A program made the translations under genes and the position numbers. From an uncultured delta proteobacterium (GTDB lineage Bacteria; Myxococcota; Myxococcia; Myxococcales; Myxococcaceae), in contig CAWCKH010000004.1 of the NCBI GenBank assembly GCA_963796055.1, positions 1,664,001 to 1,728,000 on the forward strand: a DNA stretch of 64,000 nt, in the 5' to 3' direction. Shown piece by piece: positions 40,927 to 51,191 of the stretch. The notes below the pieces were generated by a model. It was not told the DNA's origin. It was given only the letters and a program-made list of their open reading frames with translations, and did not search any database. Every line of letters starts with the position of its first letter. The first letter of the stretch is position 1.

Positions 40927-41135
40927 GAGTCGTCTCCTTCGAGCGCCCGCGGGCACGCCCGTTCCTCGGTGAACCCTGCGATGGCCTTCCAGGTCCGGCG
41001 GGTCTCGGCGGCCCAGGGCAAGGTCAGCGGCCAGTCGTGGCGGGTCACCGCCCCGTCGACCCGGAGCGACAGCCCGCGGGTGATTCTCTCGGCGGTCCTC
41101 GAACCAGTGACCGCTCCACGTTCGCTGTGGTGCAT
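40923..41135 (-). CDS. Small hypothetical protein upstream of mddA
   Basis: Stop overlaps the mddA GTG start. Confidence 0.4.
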   Translation of the reverse strand: MHHSERGAVTGSRTAERITRGLSLRVDGAVTRHDWPLTLPWAAETRRTWKAIAGFTEERACPRALEGDDS

Positions 41136-41161
41136 GTCGACACCCTACGGAGCGCAGCACG

Positions 41162-41249
41162 GTCAAAGCTTTTGGGAATCCTGAGGCCTAGCTGAGGCTT
41201 TCCTGAGCGAGGAACGCGCTCGACCTCGGCGACGAAGCGCTGCCACGGC
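41162..41249 (-). repeat. Right arm of the inverted repeat
   Basis: Reverse complement matches 39838-39911 with small indels. Confidence 0.8.
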
Positions 41250-41432
41250 CGCAGTGACCCAACCCCGCTTTACAGGCAGAGCGGAGTGGCCAAGGCGGAG
41301 CTGGCGCTTCCGCCCGAGACGCTGTCCGGCACCCGGTGGGAGGGGAGGTCATCTGGCGGGTCGAGGCGATCTCCCCGGACGGGCCGCCACACTTCCTCGG
41401 AGGCGTTCGTCAGCCACGTACAGTAGCGCCCC

Positions 41433-41813
41433 ATGGGGCGCTTCCCGGAGCTCGTGGTGCTCTCCTGCCTGGCAGTCGCCGAGGCCGGGGCGGCTCCGCG
41501 CTCGGCAGCGGACTGCGACGCGCTGGTCCGCGCAGAGCCTCGCGCTCTCGCCTCCTACCGCTGCTACTGGGACCTGGCGCGCACCGGCCGGCGGATGGAG
41601 GCCGAGCGTGCCCTGGAGGCCATTCTCCGCCGTGAGCCGGAGAATCCCGACGCCCTCCACGGCAAACCGGGAGTGACCGCGCCCATCGTCGGGGCGACCC
41701 AGCTTCGCCACCTGGAGGACGCCGTCGCCGCCACGGGAGTGAGGTTGACGGGGGATGAGGTCCGCGCGCTCGAAGCCCCTTACCGTCCGCATCCTGTCCT
41801 GGGGCACAGCTGA
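41433..41813 (+). pseudogene. Chimeric ORF: secreted TPR-protein N-terminal stub fused to an aldo/keto reductase C-terminal stub
   Basis: Signal + CDALV..YRCYW..EPENP, then KPGVTAPIVGAT..HLEDAVAA..L..LEAPYRPHPVLGH. Confidence 0.65.
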
Positions 41814-41882
41814 CGGAGATGCTCGTCCTGCTCGCCTGCCGTCTTCGCCGGGCGCAGCGTCAGTTGCGCCGGTGAGGCCCGC

Positions 41883-42281
41883 TCAGGCCAGCGGAGCCTT
41901 GCGCTGGCGCCACATCATGTCCTCTGCGGGCGTGAACCTCAGGCTCTCGTACAAGGTGGAGGCCGCCTTCCTGGTGTGGAGCACCCAGCGGATGGTGGGC
42001 TTGTCGCGCATGATCTGCTCGAGCATCGTCCGGGCAATCCCCCGCCGACGGTACGCGGGGTCGACCATCACCGAGCTGATGTAGCCGTTGGTCGCCCCGT
42101 CGGAGATGGCGCGGGCGAATCCCACCAGGCGGTCGCCGTCGTGCGCGGAGGCGACGTCGCGGGCGCCGTCGACTTGCTGGGCGAGAAGGGCGGGCGAGAC
42201 GGCGGCAAACTCACACCTCGCGCGGAGCCGGGCCAGCGCCGCGAGATCGATCTGCTTGTTGTCGCGGTAGGTGATGAGCAT
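41883..42281 (-). CDS. GNAT acetyltransferase
   Basis: LVGFARAISDG, VMVDPAYRRRGIA, LYESLRF. Confidence 0.85.
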   Translation of the reverse strand: MLITYRDNKQIDLAALARLRARCEFAAVSPALLAQQVDGARDVASAHDGDRLVGFARAISDGATNGYISSVMVDPAYRRRGIARTMLEQIMRDKPTIRWVLHTRKAASTLYESLRFTPAEDMMWRQRKAPLA

Positions 42282-42463
42282 CGGCGCGCCTGTACCACAG
42301 CCGCGCCGGGAGCGGGGGCAAGCGAGAGAGCGAGCAGGATGGGCAGGATCATCGCTCAGCCGACCTCAGTCGTCGTCCGGCTCCCCGAGCACGTGGAGCA
42401 GGAAGGTCGCGCTGGTCGGGTGTCCGCCTGGGTTGGTGTACGTCGTGGGTTAGCGCCCGGCCC

Positions 42464-43387
42464 TCAGCCGATGCCGAGGCCCGTGACCTTCTCGCTGAGC
42501 GCCCACAGACGCTCGGCCAGCGCCGGGTCCATCGCCCACGGCCGCACCCCGCGCGTCTCCGGCGAGTCGGCGGGCACGGGCTCGGCGACGTTGCAGTCCT
42601 CGCAGTAGACGCCACCGAGGGCATCGAGCTGCCGGTTGACCGCGCACCACACCGTCGTCGCCGCCCCTTGCTCGACCGTCTTCACGGTCTGCACCCGCTT
42701 TTCGAAGGCGGAGATGTCCTCGGGCGTCATGTATCTTGCCAGGCCGGTCCAGATGGCGCCCGGATGCACCGAGAACGCCTTCACGCCACGCGCGTTTGCC
42801 CCGATCGCGAACAGCGCGTTCGCCGACTTCGACTGACCGTAGGCGGCCCAGCGGTCGTAGGGCTTGCGCTCGAAGTTCCAGTCGTCGAAGTCGACCGGCG
42901 CCCGGCGATGGCCGAGCGACGACAGCGACACGATGCGCGGCGCCTGAGCCTTTCGCAGCGCCGGCCACAGCCGCACCGCCAGCTCGAAATGGCCGACGTG
43001 GTTCGTCGCGAACTGCGATTCGATGTTGCGAGCCACCCGGGTCAGTGGGTTTGCCATGATGCCGGCGTTGTTGACCAGCAAGTCGAGCGGTTCGCCCCTC
43101 TTCAGGAAACGTTCAGCGAAGGCGGCGATCGAGGGAGGGTCCGTCAGCTCCATGGCCTCGACGGTCGCGAGCTTCCCGACGGCGGCGCGTGCCTTCTCGA
43201 CGTCGCGGGCGGGGACGATGACGCGGGCTCCGGCCGAGGAGAGGGCACGCGTCGTCTCCAGCCCGATGCCGGCCGAGCCACCCGTGACGACGGCCGTCTT
43301 GCCGCGCAGGTCGTGGCCGCGAATGACGTGAGCGGCGGTCGAGGATTGGTCGAAGTCGGACGCGAGGGGAGCTTGAGGACTGGGCAT
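42464..43387 (-). CDS. Short-chain dehydrogenase/reductase (retinol-DH/WWOX-like)
   Basis: TGGSAGIG, NNAGIM, TNHVGHF, YGQSK, HPG. Confidence 0.9.
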   Translation of the reverse strand: MPSPQAPLASDFDQSSTAAHVIRGHDLRGKTAVVTGGSAGIGLETTRALSSAGARVIVPARDVEKARAAVGKLATVEAMELTDPPSIAAFAERFLKRGEPLDLLVNNAGIMANPLTRVARNIESQFATNHVGHFELAVRLWPALRKAQAPRIVSLSSLGHRRAPVDFDDWNFERKPYDRWAAYGQSKSANALFAIGANARGVKAFSVHPGAIWTGLARYMTPEDISAFEKRVQTVKTVEQGAATTVWCAVNRQLDALGGVYCEDCNVAEPVPADSPETRGVRPWAMDPALAERLWALSEKVTGLGIG

Positions 43388-43556
43388 GCGCGCATGCATA
43401 ACGCGGTCGCTGCGGACGCGGCGTGGCGGGTTCTGAGCGAAACGCCAAGGGCTCTTCTCCGGCGAAGCGTCACTTCGAGTTCACACGACGGCTCCGGTTT
43501 CGCCGCCTGCGGCCGCGAGGAAGGCGGCTCCCTCCACGTCCTACTCGGGAGACCGC

Positions 43557-45521
43557 ATGAAGACCCGCCTCGCCGCAGCAACCATGATCGCGGCGCTCGC
43601 AGCCGGATGCAGCGACGAAACGCAGCCGACCGCGGAGAAGAACGTCGTCATCTTCGTCTGGGACGGCCTGCGTCCCGACAGCCCGAACGCGACGGACACG
43701 CCGAACCTCCTGGCTCTCCGAGGAGGTGGAGTGGACTTCCAGGACAACCACTCGACCTATCCCACGTTCACGATGATGAACTCCGCGTCGTTCGCCACCG
43801 GTGGCTTTCCGGGCACGACTGGCTTCTACGGGAACACGCTCTGGGCGAACGGACCGGCCACCGGCGGCAAGAGCTCCTCCGGAGGCAACGTCGATCTCCA
43901 CCAGCCGATCTTCACCGAGGACTGGGGGGTGCTCGACTCGCTCCGAAGCTTCTATTCGGGGAACCTGCTCCTGGTGAAGACGCTGTTCGAGGCGGCCCAC
44001 GACAAGGGGCTCAAGACCGCCGCGGTGGGCAAGTCCGGCGCGGCCTACCTCCAGGACTACAAGCGCGGCGGAGACATCGTCGACGAGAACTTCATCTGGC
44101 CCGAGTCGCTCGCCCGGGAGGTGGCGGCGAGCTCGCCCCTCCCCCGCAACACCCAGTTCGCGTACGACGCGGGGACGTTCAGCACCGTCACCCTCCCCGA
44201 CGGCGGCCCGGGCCCGAACCCCACCGCGGCGGGCGCGGTCGTCCGCCTCGCGGACAAGGTGACCGCCGATCCCACCGCCGATGCCGGCTCGCCCAACAAC
44301 AACCAGAACAAGTACATGATGGACGTCTTCACCCAGGTGGTCCTGCCCAAGGACAAGCCTCGGCTGACGCTGGTCTGGTTCCGGAGCCCGGACTCGACCG
44401 AGCACCCGTACGGCCCGGGGACTGCCCAGTACCGCGATTCGCTCCGGTCCCAGGACGCGCTGCTCGGGGAGTTGATGGACGGCCTGCGCGCGAGCGGGAT
44501 GGATCAGTCCACCGACATCATCGTGGTCTCGGACCACGGCCACACGTCGGTCAGCGGTCCGCTGGCCACCTTCCCGCTCCGGAGCATCGCCGGCGGCGCT
44601 GCGGACGCGATCGACCCGAACGGGTTCAGCGTGTCCGGCGACGTCCGCACCGCTGACCTCATCGCCCGGGTCAACCTGGGCTTCGCCGCCTGGGACGGGA
44701 ACAACTGCACCGACAGCCCCACCCTCTCCGGCATCAAGGCCGACGGAAGCGAGGTTTACACGAGCGTGGTGGCCTCCGGACCCTGCATGGGCCTGACCAC
44801 CGGTGACTTCCGGCTTCCCGCGACCCTCGGGGCCAGCGACGTGGTGATCGCCGCCAATGGGGGGAGCGAGTACTTCTACGTCCCGAGCGGCGATGCCACC
44901 CAGGTCGGCACGCTGGTCGCCTTCCTCCAGTCACGCGAGGAGTTCGGGGCGATCTTCGTGGCCAGCAAGTACGGAAACGTGCCCGGGACGCTCCCGCTCA
45001 CCCGCATCAGGGTCGAGAGCAACGCCCAGCGGACTCCGGACGTGGTCGCCAGCTTCAGCTGGGACGACCAGGCGGTGGTCCAGGGCCTGAAGGGCATCGA
45101 GTTCGAGAGCATGCAGCGGAATCGAGGCATGCACGGAACCTTCGGGACCGTGGACGTCCACAACTCGCTCTTCGCACGGGGACCGGACTTCAAGAGCGGC
45201 TTCGCCGACACGCTGCCCTCCGGCAACATCGACGTGGCACCGACCGCGGCGCGCATCCTGGCTCTGGATCTGCCGGGCACCGACGGACGCGTGCTGGAGG
45301 AGGCACTGGCCGGCGGCCCGGCGGCGAACGCGTACAGCGTCGTTTCCGACGTCGTCACCTCGAGCCCCAGCGTGTCGATGGTGATGAAGCTCCCGACCAG
45401 CCCCGATGGGACGGACACCGACGGGAACAAGACCTACACGGTCGAGCTGCACGTCAAGAACCTGACTCGCGGCTCGGAGAGCAAGACCTACTTCGACTAC
45501 GCCCGGGCCATCCGGCAGTGA
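43557..45521 (+). CDS. Alkaline-phosphatase superfamily nucleotide pyrophosphatase/phosphodiesterase lipoprotein
   Basis: LAAGC lipobox; WDGLRPD, PTFTMMN, DSTEH, SDHGH, GMHG. Confidence 0.85.
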   Translation: MKTRLAAATMIAALAAGCSDETQPTAEKNVVIFVWDGLRPDSPNATDTPNLLALRGGGVDFQDNHSTYPTFTMMNSASFATGGFPGTTGFYGNTLWANGPATGGKSSSGGNVDLHQPIFTEDWGVLDSLRSFYSGNLLLVKTLFEAAHDKGLKTAAVGKSGAAYLQDYKRGGDIVDENFIWPESLAREVAASSPLPRNTQFAYDAGTFSTVTLPDGGPGPNPTAAGAVVRLADKVTADPTADAGSPNNNQNKYMMDVFTQVVLPKDKPRLTLVWFRSPDSTEHPYGPGTAQYRDSLRSQDALLGELMDGLRASGMDQSTDIIVVSDHGHTSVSGPLATFPLRSIAGGAADAIDPNGFSVSGDVRTADLIARVNLGFAAWDGNNCTDSPTLSGIKADGSEVYTSVVASGPCMGLTTGDFRLPATLGASDVVIAANGGSEYFYVPSGDATQVGTLVAFLQSREEFGAIFVASKYGNVPGTLPLTRIRVESNAQRTPDVVASFSWDDQAVVQGLKGIEFESMQRNRGMHGTFGTVDVHNSLFARGPDFKSGFADTLPSGNIDVAPTAARILALDLPGTDGRVLEEALAGGPAANAYSVVSDVVTSSPSVSMVMKLPTSPDGTDTDGNKTYTVELHVKNLTRGSESKTYFDYARAIRQ

Positions 45522-46138
45522 TTCACGCCGCTCTGCTTCTGCTGCTCGCCGCAGCCCCGCGCTGGGAGGACGCGTTCCCTGCGCGGGGAGCACCACCGCC
45601 GGTGCACGCCACCGTGCGGCTGGTGGACGCCGGGGGGAAGGAGCATCGGCTGGAGCTGTGGCGGCGCAGGGACCAGGTGCGCCGGGACACGGATGGCGCG
45701 CGAAGCATCTACGCCACCCGCGTCGGCCAGGAGGTCCGGATGGTGGTCGTGGACCTCGCGGCCCGCACGAGCTTCTCCGTCACCCGGACCAACCTGGCAC
45801 GCATCGGGACGCTCACCGACTTCGACGGTCTGGCGCGGCTCATCTCTCCGCCGGCGGGGAAGAGCACCCTCGCCGTCAACCGCAGTGATCGGCGCTTCCT
45901 CGGCATCCGCTGCCGGATGGTGGCGCTCGAGCGGCAGGACGGGCTCAAGGAAGAGATCTGCTGGTCCGCGGCCCTGGCCCTCCCGCTCTGGGTGGACGCG
46001 CTGCGGGACGGCCGCCGCACCCGGGTGCTGGAGGTGCTGTCCCAGGAGCCGCTCCGTCCGGAGGCCGCGTCGTCGCTCACGCCGCCCAACGTCGGCCTGG
46101 TCCAGCTGGACGCCGATCGAGAGATCTCCCCGGACTGA
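45518..46138 (+). CDS. Secreted hypothetical protein coupled to the phosphodiesterase
   Basis: GTGA overlap; signal peptide; ends DADREISPD. Confidence 0.65.
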   Translation: MIHAALLLLLAAAPRWEDAFPARGAPPPVHATVRLVDAGGKEHRLELWRRRDQVRRDTDGARSIYATRVGQEVRMVVVDLAARTSFSVTRTNLARIGTLTDFDGLARLISPPAGKSTLAVNRSDRRFLGIRCRMVALERQDGLKEEICWSAALALPLWVDALRDGRRTRVLEVLSQEPLRPEAASSLTPPNVGLVQLDADREISPD

Positions 46139-46327
46139 GCTCCATTCGTAGCGGAGCGCGTCGATCGGATCGAGCTGGCTGGGTCAGGTTCGGCGCGAAT
46201 TCTGCGCCCATCTACCGATTTCCCGCAAAGCATGCGTGAGAACCCGGTGCACTGCGTAACGCTCCTCTGAGCCTCCAAGGAGCGAAAATTGCACCGCTTT
46301 CACCGGCGCACGTCGAGGAGGTTCTCC

Positions 46328-47113
46328 ATGCGAGCGCTGCGCGAAGCCCTTCTCTTCAGCCTATTCACTCTGTCGATCGTGCTGACGGGCTGTTCGAAAC
46401 CCGAAGAGCCGGCGGTACTCCACCGAGCTCTAGGCAACGAGTACGCAAGGAAGGCCGACTGGGCAGCGGCCGCAAGCGAGTATGGCCTTTCGGTGCAAGC
46501 GAATCCACACGACCGCAAGGTGTGGGAGCTGAAAGCCAACGCGCACCTCAGGCTTGGCCAACTGCGCCAAGCCGCAGAGAGCCTGGGGAAGCCGGCGGAG
46601 TACACGTCGGATCCAATCGCCAAGGCGGAGGCCTATCGACTTGTTGCAAGCTTGTACGTCGAGCATAGAGAATTCGGTGAAGCAGAGAAGGCCTTCGCCG
46701 AGGCATTTAAATTCGACCCGCGTGATGAGCTTTCCTTGTCGTGGCTGGGAGAATTCGCATCCACCCGCGGCGGCGCTCGATCGCCGAAAGATCCACCGGA
46801 TCCGGCCTGGTTGAAGAAGGCGATCGCATACTACGATCAAGCAATCTTATTGAATCCAGATAATCTCTTCGCGTATGTCAACAAACGCGTCGCCATCAAC
46901 AAGTACATTGTGTTTGAACAACAGGAGAAAGCTCTGGCGGATCGGCTCATTCAACTCGAGCGTAGGGACGCAGCCAAGGTGGCCGCAGCGCGGACACACT
47001 TGACTGAATCCACCGCGCGAATTGAAGGTTTCGAAAAAGAAATTGAGGAGCTGAGCAAGAAGATCACCGAGCTGGTGGCAGCCCAGAAGGCCAAGAAGCC
47101 CGGTACGAGCTAA
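46328..47113 (+). CDS. TPR-containing lipoprotein
   Basis: LTGC lipobox; TPR-like helices ending in NP/DP; lower GC. Confidence 0.72.
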   Translation: MRALREALLFSLFTLSIVLTGCSKPEEPAVLHRALGNEYARKADWAAAASEYGLSVQANPHDRKVWELKANAHLRLGQLRQAAESLGKPAEYTSDPIAKAEAYRLVASLYVEHREFGEAEKAFAEAFKFDPRDELSLSWLGEFASTRGGARSPKDPPDPAWLKKAIAYYDQAILLNPDNLFAYVNKRVAINKYIVFEQQEKALADRLIQLERRDAAKVAAARTHLTESTARIEGFEKEIEELSKKITELVAAQKAKKPGTS

Positions 47114-47325
47114 CAACGCTCGGCACTTGGGGCTCCGTTGGGCGAACCGTTCACCGGTGATCACCGCTGCGCGGGCGGACTGTTCCTGGGGTGGTTGCTG
47201 CTCGGCCTGCTCCTTGGGCTGCTTGGACTGGCGCTTCGAGTTTGACTACGAGGACTCGACCACCCTCTCGCGCCGCCCGCGCGCGTCGGCGGCCCGCGCT
47301 CGAAGGTGCCTTGGAGGAGACCGAC

Positions 47326-48999
47326 ATGAACGACCCATTCACAGGCCACGCGCTCGCCGGGGCGCCGGCGTGGCTGCCGCACGGCGTGTCTCTGCTGCGC
47401 GAGCCGACGCTCAACAAGGGCATGGCATTCACGGAGGCCGAACGTGATGCGCTGGACCTGCGCGGTCTCCTCCCTCCGAGCGTGCTGTCGCAGGAGCAAC
47501 AGGAGGCGCGGGTCCTCGAGAACTTCCGCCGCAAGGCGTCGGACCTCGAGAAGTACATCGACCTGAACGCCCTCCACGATCGCAACGAGGCGCTCTTCTT
47601 TCGCACCCTCGTCGACCACCCGGACGAGATGCTGCCGATCATCTACACGCCGACGGTCGGCCTGGCCTGCCAGCAGTTTGGCCACATCTTCCAGCGGCCC
47701 AGGGGGCTCTTCGTCGGCGCCAACGATCGCGGGCGCATCGCCAAGGTGCTGGGCAACTGGCCCTATCACGGTGTGCGGATCATCGTCGTCACCGACGGTG
47801 AGCGGATCCTCGGCCTGGGCGACCTCGGCGCCAATGGCATGGGGATTCCCGTCGGCAAGCTCGCGCTCTACACGGCCGCGGCCGGCATCCATCCAACGCA
47901 TTGCCTCCCGGTGATGCTCGACGTCGGCACCAACAACGAGGCGCTGCGCAGCGATCCGTTCTACGTCGGGCTGCAGCAGCCGCGGCTGACCGGGGCACCT
48001 TACGACGAGCTGGTCGAGGAATTCATCGCTGCCACGCAGGAGGTCTTCCCGGGCGTCCTGGTCCAGTTCGAGGACTTCGCCAACCACAGCGCGTTCCGCT
48101 TGCTCGCGAAGTACTCCGACCGCATCTGCACCTTCAACGACGACATCCAGGGCACGGCCGCCGTCGCGCTCGCCGGCATCCTCTCGGCGTTGCGGGTCAC
48201 CGAGGGCACGCTTGCGGCCCAGAGGCTCCTCTTCTGCGGCGCGGGCGAAGCCGCGACCGGCATTGCCGACCTGGTCGTCGACGCCATGGCCGCCTCCGGT
48301 GTGCCGAGGCCCACCGCGCGCGGCTGTTGCTGGCTCACCGACACACAGGGGCTCGTGGTGAAGGGCCGCGCCAACCTCGCGGAGCACAAGCGTCCATACG
48401 CCCACGAGCACGCGCCGATCCGCGATTTCCTCGGGGCGGTCAGAGCGCTGGAGCCCACGGTCATCATCGGCGTCGCCGCCACCTGCGGAACGTTCGCCCG
48501 CGAGGTCGTCGCGGAGATGGGGCGGCTGAACAAGCGACCCATCATCTTCGCGCTTTCGAATCCCACGTCGAAATCCGAATGCACGGCAGAGCAGGCCTAT
48601 CAATGGAGCGACGGGCGGGTGCTGTTCGCCTCCGGCAGCCCGTTCGACCCCGTGACCCATGGCGGCAAGACGTTCGTCCCGCGACAGGGCAACAACGCGT
48701 ACATCTTCCCGGGAGTGGGCCTGGGCGCCATCGCCAGCCGCGCGCGGCGGATCACCGAGTCGATGTTTCTCGCCGCCGCGAAGACGCTCGCCGCTCAGGT
48801 CGGCGAAGCCGATCTCGCGCAGGGCAGCCTCTATCCGCCACTGGCAAACATCCGCGAGGTGTCTGCGCGGATCGCCGCCGCCGTCGCCGATGTCGCGTTC
48901 CGGAGCGATCTCGCCGGAATCGACCGGCCGGCCGATCTGCTCGCGTACGTCCGCGGGCAGATGTACGACCCCCATTACCACACGTACGTATCGGGGTAG
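47326..48999 (+). CDS. maeA: NAD(P)-dependent malic enzyme
   Basis: IYTPTVG, TDGERILGLGDLG, QFEDF, FNDDIQGT, GAGEAA, LSNPT, NNAYIFPG; RBS ggagga. Confidence 0.93.
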   Translation: MNDPFTGHALAGAPAWLPHGVSLLREPTLNKGMAFTEAERDALDLRGLLPPSVLSQEQQEARVLENFRRKASDLEKYIDLNALHDRNEALFFRTLVDHPDEMLPIIYTPTVGLACQQFGHIFQRPRGLFVGANDRGRIAKVLGNWPYHGVRIIVVTDGERILGLGDLGANGMGIPVGKLALYTAAAGIHPTHCLPVMLDVGTNNEALRSDPFYVGLQQPRLTGAPYDELVEEFIAATQEVFPGVLVQFEDFANHSAFRLLAKYSDRICTFNDDIQGTAAVALAGILSALRVTEGTLAAQRLLFCGAGEAATGIADLVVDAMAASGVPRPTARGCCWLTDTQGLVVKGRANLAEHKRPYAHEHAPIRDFLGAVRALEPTVIIGVAATCGTFAREVVAEMGRLNKRPIIFALSNPTSKSECTAEQAYQWSDGRVLFASGSPFDPVTHGGKTFVPRQGNNAYIFPGVGLGAIASRARRITESMFLAAAKTLAAQVGEADLAQGSLYPPLANIREVSARIAAAVADVAFRSDLAGIDRPADLLAYVRGQMYDPHYHTYVSG

Positions 49000-49027
49000 A
49001 GCGACGACCTGAGTGCGCCCCTGGTAC

Positions 49028-49858
49028 TCAGAGGTCAGCCGCTCCCAGCCGGCGCATCGCCACCAGGACCGGGAGCACGAGCCAGAGGACGAGGCTCCCA
49101 CCCAGGGCGAGCGTTGCCCCCAGCGGTCCGTGGGTGAAGCGCAGCAGCGCCAGTGACGCTGCCCCGAATGCCGCGGTTCCCTCGAGGAGCAGCAGCTCGG
49201 CTGTGCGCAGCGCCGATGCCGGATTCACCAGGACGGAGACGATGAGCACCCGCGAGCCGAGCCCCGACGGCAGGAGGGTGCAGAGACCGAGGGCGATCAG
49301 GTCGAGAAAGATGACCGCCCCGAACCACACCACCAGTGCCACAGCGATCGCCCGGGTGCGCTTCTGGCCCGGCGCACCGGAGGCGATTGCGCCCGCCAGG
49401 CCGAGGAAGATTCCGGTGAGCACCGCCGCCCCGGCCACCAGGAGCAGATAGCTCCCCAGCCCGAGCTGGTCGGTCTTCCAGTAGATGAGCGCCCCCGCGG
49501 CCCCGAAACCGATTGCCTCGGCGCCGACCAGTGCCGCGCCCAGGCCGAGGAGCTTTCCGAGCAGGATGTCGCGGCGGGCGAGCGGCTGAGCGAAGAGCAG
49601 CTCCATGGAGCCCCGCTCCCCGGAGAGGGCCACCACCCCCAGGAGCAGGGCCATCAAGGGCACCACCAGCAGAACCAGCTGCAGCAGCGAGGCGGCGGTG
49701 CGGGCGAAGTCCTGGACCCCCACGCCTCCGGTGAGCACGTAGCCCGAGCCCGCCACGGCCAGCGCCAGCAGAGCGAAGACCGCCGCGAAGATCTGGATCG
49801 AACGCGCGCGGGCCGAGAGCAGCAGCTCCTGCCGGGCGACGAGAAGGAGCGCGTTCAT
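49028..49858 (-). CDS. nosY: ABC transporter permease for NosZ maturation
   Basis: ERGSMELLFAQPLARR.ILLGK; nos context. Confidence 0.85.
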   Translation of the reverse strand: MNALLLVARQELLLSARARSIQIFAAVFALLALAVAGSGYVLTGGVGVQDFARTAASLLQLVLLVVPLMALLLGVVALSGERGSMELLFAQPLARRDILLGKLLGLGAALVGAEAIGFGAAGALIYWKTDQLGLGSYLLLVAGAAVLTGIFLGLAGAIASGAPGQKRTRAIAVALVVWFGAVIFLDLIALGLCTLLPSGLGSRVLIVSVLVNPASALRTAELLLLEGTAAFGAASLALLRFTHGPLGATLALGGSLVLWLVLPVLVAMRRLGAADL

Positions 49859-50298
49859 CGTGCCGCCTCCCGTGGAGCCTCGCCGAACACCTCCCGGAAC
49901 TCCAACGGACGGCCGCCCGTCGCGGCGGGATCGGAATCCCGGGAACCTTGGTCCTGGTAGGCGAGGACGTGCGAGCCCATGGGCGTGGAGGCGGCCGGCT
50001 GGAGCACGTAGGAGGCCTCCCGGGCCGGCACCCAGGCTCCGCTGCGGCGATCGGCGACGTAGGCCACTGCCCCCCCGCGCGGCGGATGTTCGCGGAGGTA
50101 GCGGGCCAGACAGCCCACGTCATCGAAGAACAGCGGCTCCTCTCCGGCAGCGACCAGCTGCGCAGCAGTCCGCGGATCGGAGACCAGCATCCGGCAGCTG
50201 GCACAGGCATCGTTCCGGGTGTCGAGGGCAGCGGGAGGCGGCGGGCCTCGGGAGCAGGCCAGAGCGCCGACGACCACGAGGAGCGCCATCCTGCTCAC
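49855..50298 (-). CDS. nosL: Copper chaperone lipoprotein
   Basis: ALAC lipobox; CASCRML, FFDDVGC, TPMGS. Confidence 0.88.
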   Translation of the reverse strand: MSRMALLVVVGALACSRGPPPPAALDTRNDACASCRMLVSDPRTAAQLVAAGEEPLFFDDVGCLARYLREHPPRGGAVAYVADRRSGAWVPAREASYVLQPAASTPMGSHVLAYQDQGSRDSDPAATGGRPLEFREVFGEAPREAAR

Positions 50299-51191
50299 GA
50301 CGCGACCCCCAGCTCGCGGTAGAGGTCCTCGAGCCCACCCTCGGTCGACGAGAGCGCCCGCAGCGCGATACCCGCCCCGCGCACCGCCTCCACCACGTGG
50401 GCCCGCTCCTCCGGCGACCCTCGCACCGCGAGGAACCGGCCATCCCACTCCGGCGCGCCGGCGAGCGTGCTCACGCCGGCGAGGAGCTCGGGCGGGCAGC
50501 GGTCCAGCTCCAGCCGCAGCGTTCCGCCGAGGGCCAGGCGCCTCTCCAGCTCGGGGCGGCTGAGCTCGGCCGCGAGCCGTCCCTCCACCAGGATCACCAC
50601 CCGGTCGGCGAGCTGCTGCACATCCTCCAGCTGGTGCGAGGTGAAGAGCACCGCGCTCCCTCGCTCTCTGGCGGCGCCGATCAGCCGCCGCATCGCCTGC
50701 ATCCCCGGAGCATCGAGCGAGGCGGTGGGCTCGTCGAGTAGCAGCACCTCGGCCTCGGGCAGCGCCGCCACCGCCAGCCCGAGCCGCTGGAGCATCCCGC
50801 CGGAGTAGGTGCTCACCATCCGGCCCGAGGCGCCGTTGAGGGCGGCCAGCGTCAGCGCCTGCTGCCCCTTTCCTGGCGGCGCCGAGCGCAACTGCCCGTA
50901 GAAGTCCACCACCTCGGCGCCGGTGAGCGCGCCGGGGAAAGTCACCCGCTGCGGAAGGAAGGAGATGGTCCGGCGGGAGCCGGGGAGGTGCGCGGGCAGT
51001 CGGTCCTTTCCCAGCAGGACCTCGCCCGAGGTGGGATGGAGCAACCCGGCGGCAGCCTTGAGCGAGGTGGTCTTCCCCGAGCCGTTGGGCCCCACCACTG
51101 CCACCACCTCGCCGCGTTTCACCGAGAAGCTCAGGCCGCGCAGCGCGGCCTGCCTCCCGTACCACTTCGAGACTTCGCGGAAGATGATCAC
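50295..51191 (-). CDS. nosF: ABC transporter ATPase
   Basis: GPNGSGKT, YSGGM, LLLDEP, SH. Confidence 0.88.
   Translation of the reverse strand: MIIFREVSKWYGRQAALRGLSFSVKRGEVVAVVGPNGSGKTTSLKAAAGLLHPTSGEVLLGKDRLPAHLPGSRRTISFLPQRVTFPGALTGAEVVDFYGQLRSAPPGKGQQALTLAALNGASGRMVSTYSGGMLQRLGLAVAALPEAEVLLLDEPTASLDAPGMQAMRRLIGAARERGSAVLFTSHQLEDVQQLADRVVILVEGRLAAELSRPELERRLALGGTLRLELDRCPPELLAGVSTLAGAPEWDGRFLAVRGSPEERAHVVEAVRGAGIALRALSSTEGGLEDLYRELGVAS

Noticed and set aside
47326..48999. Malic enzyme as the dedicated NAD(P)H partner of the nos flavoprotein
   Set aside because: Convergent orientation in a mosaic region; adjacency alone is not evidence.
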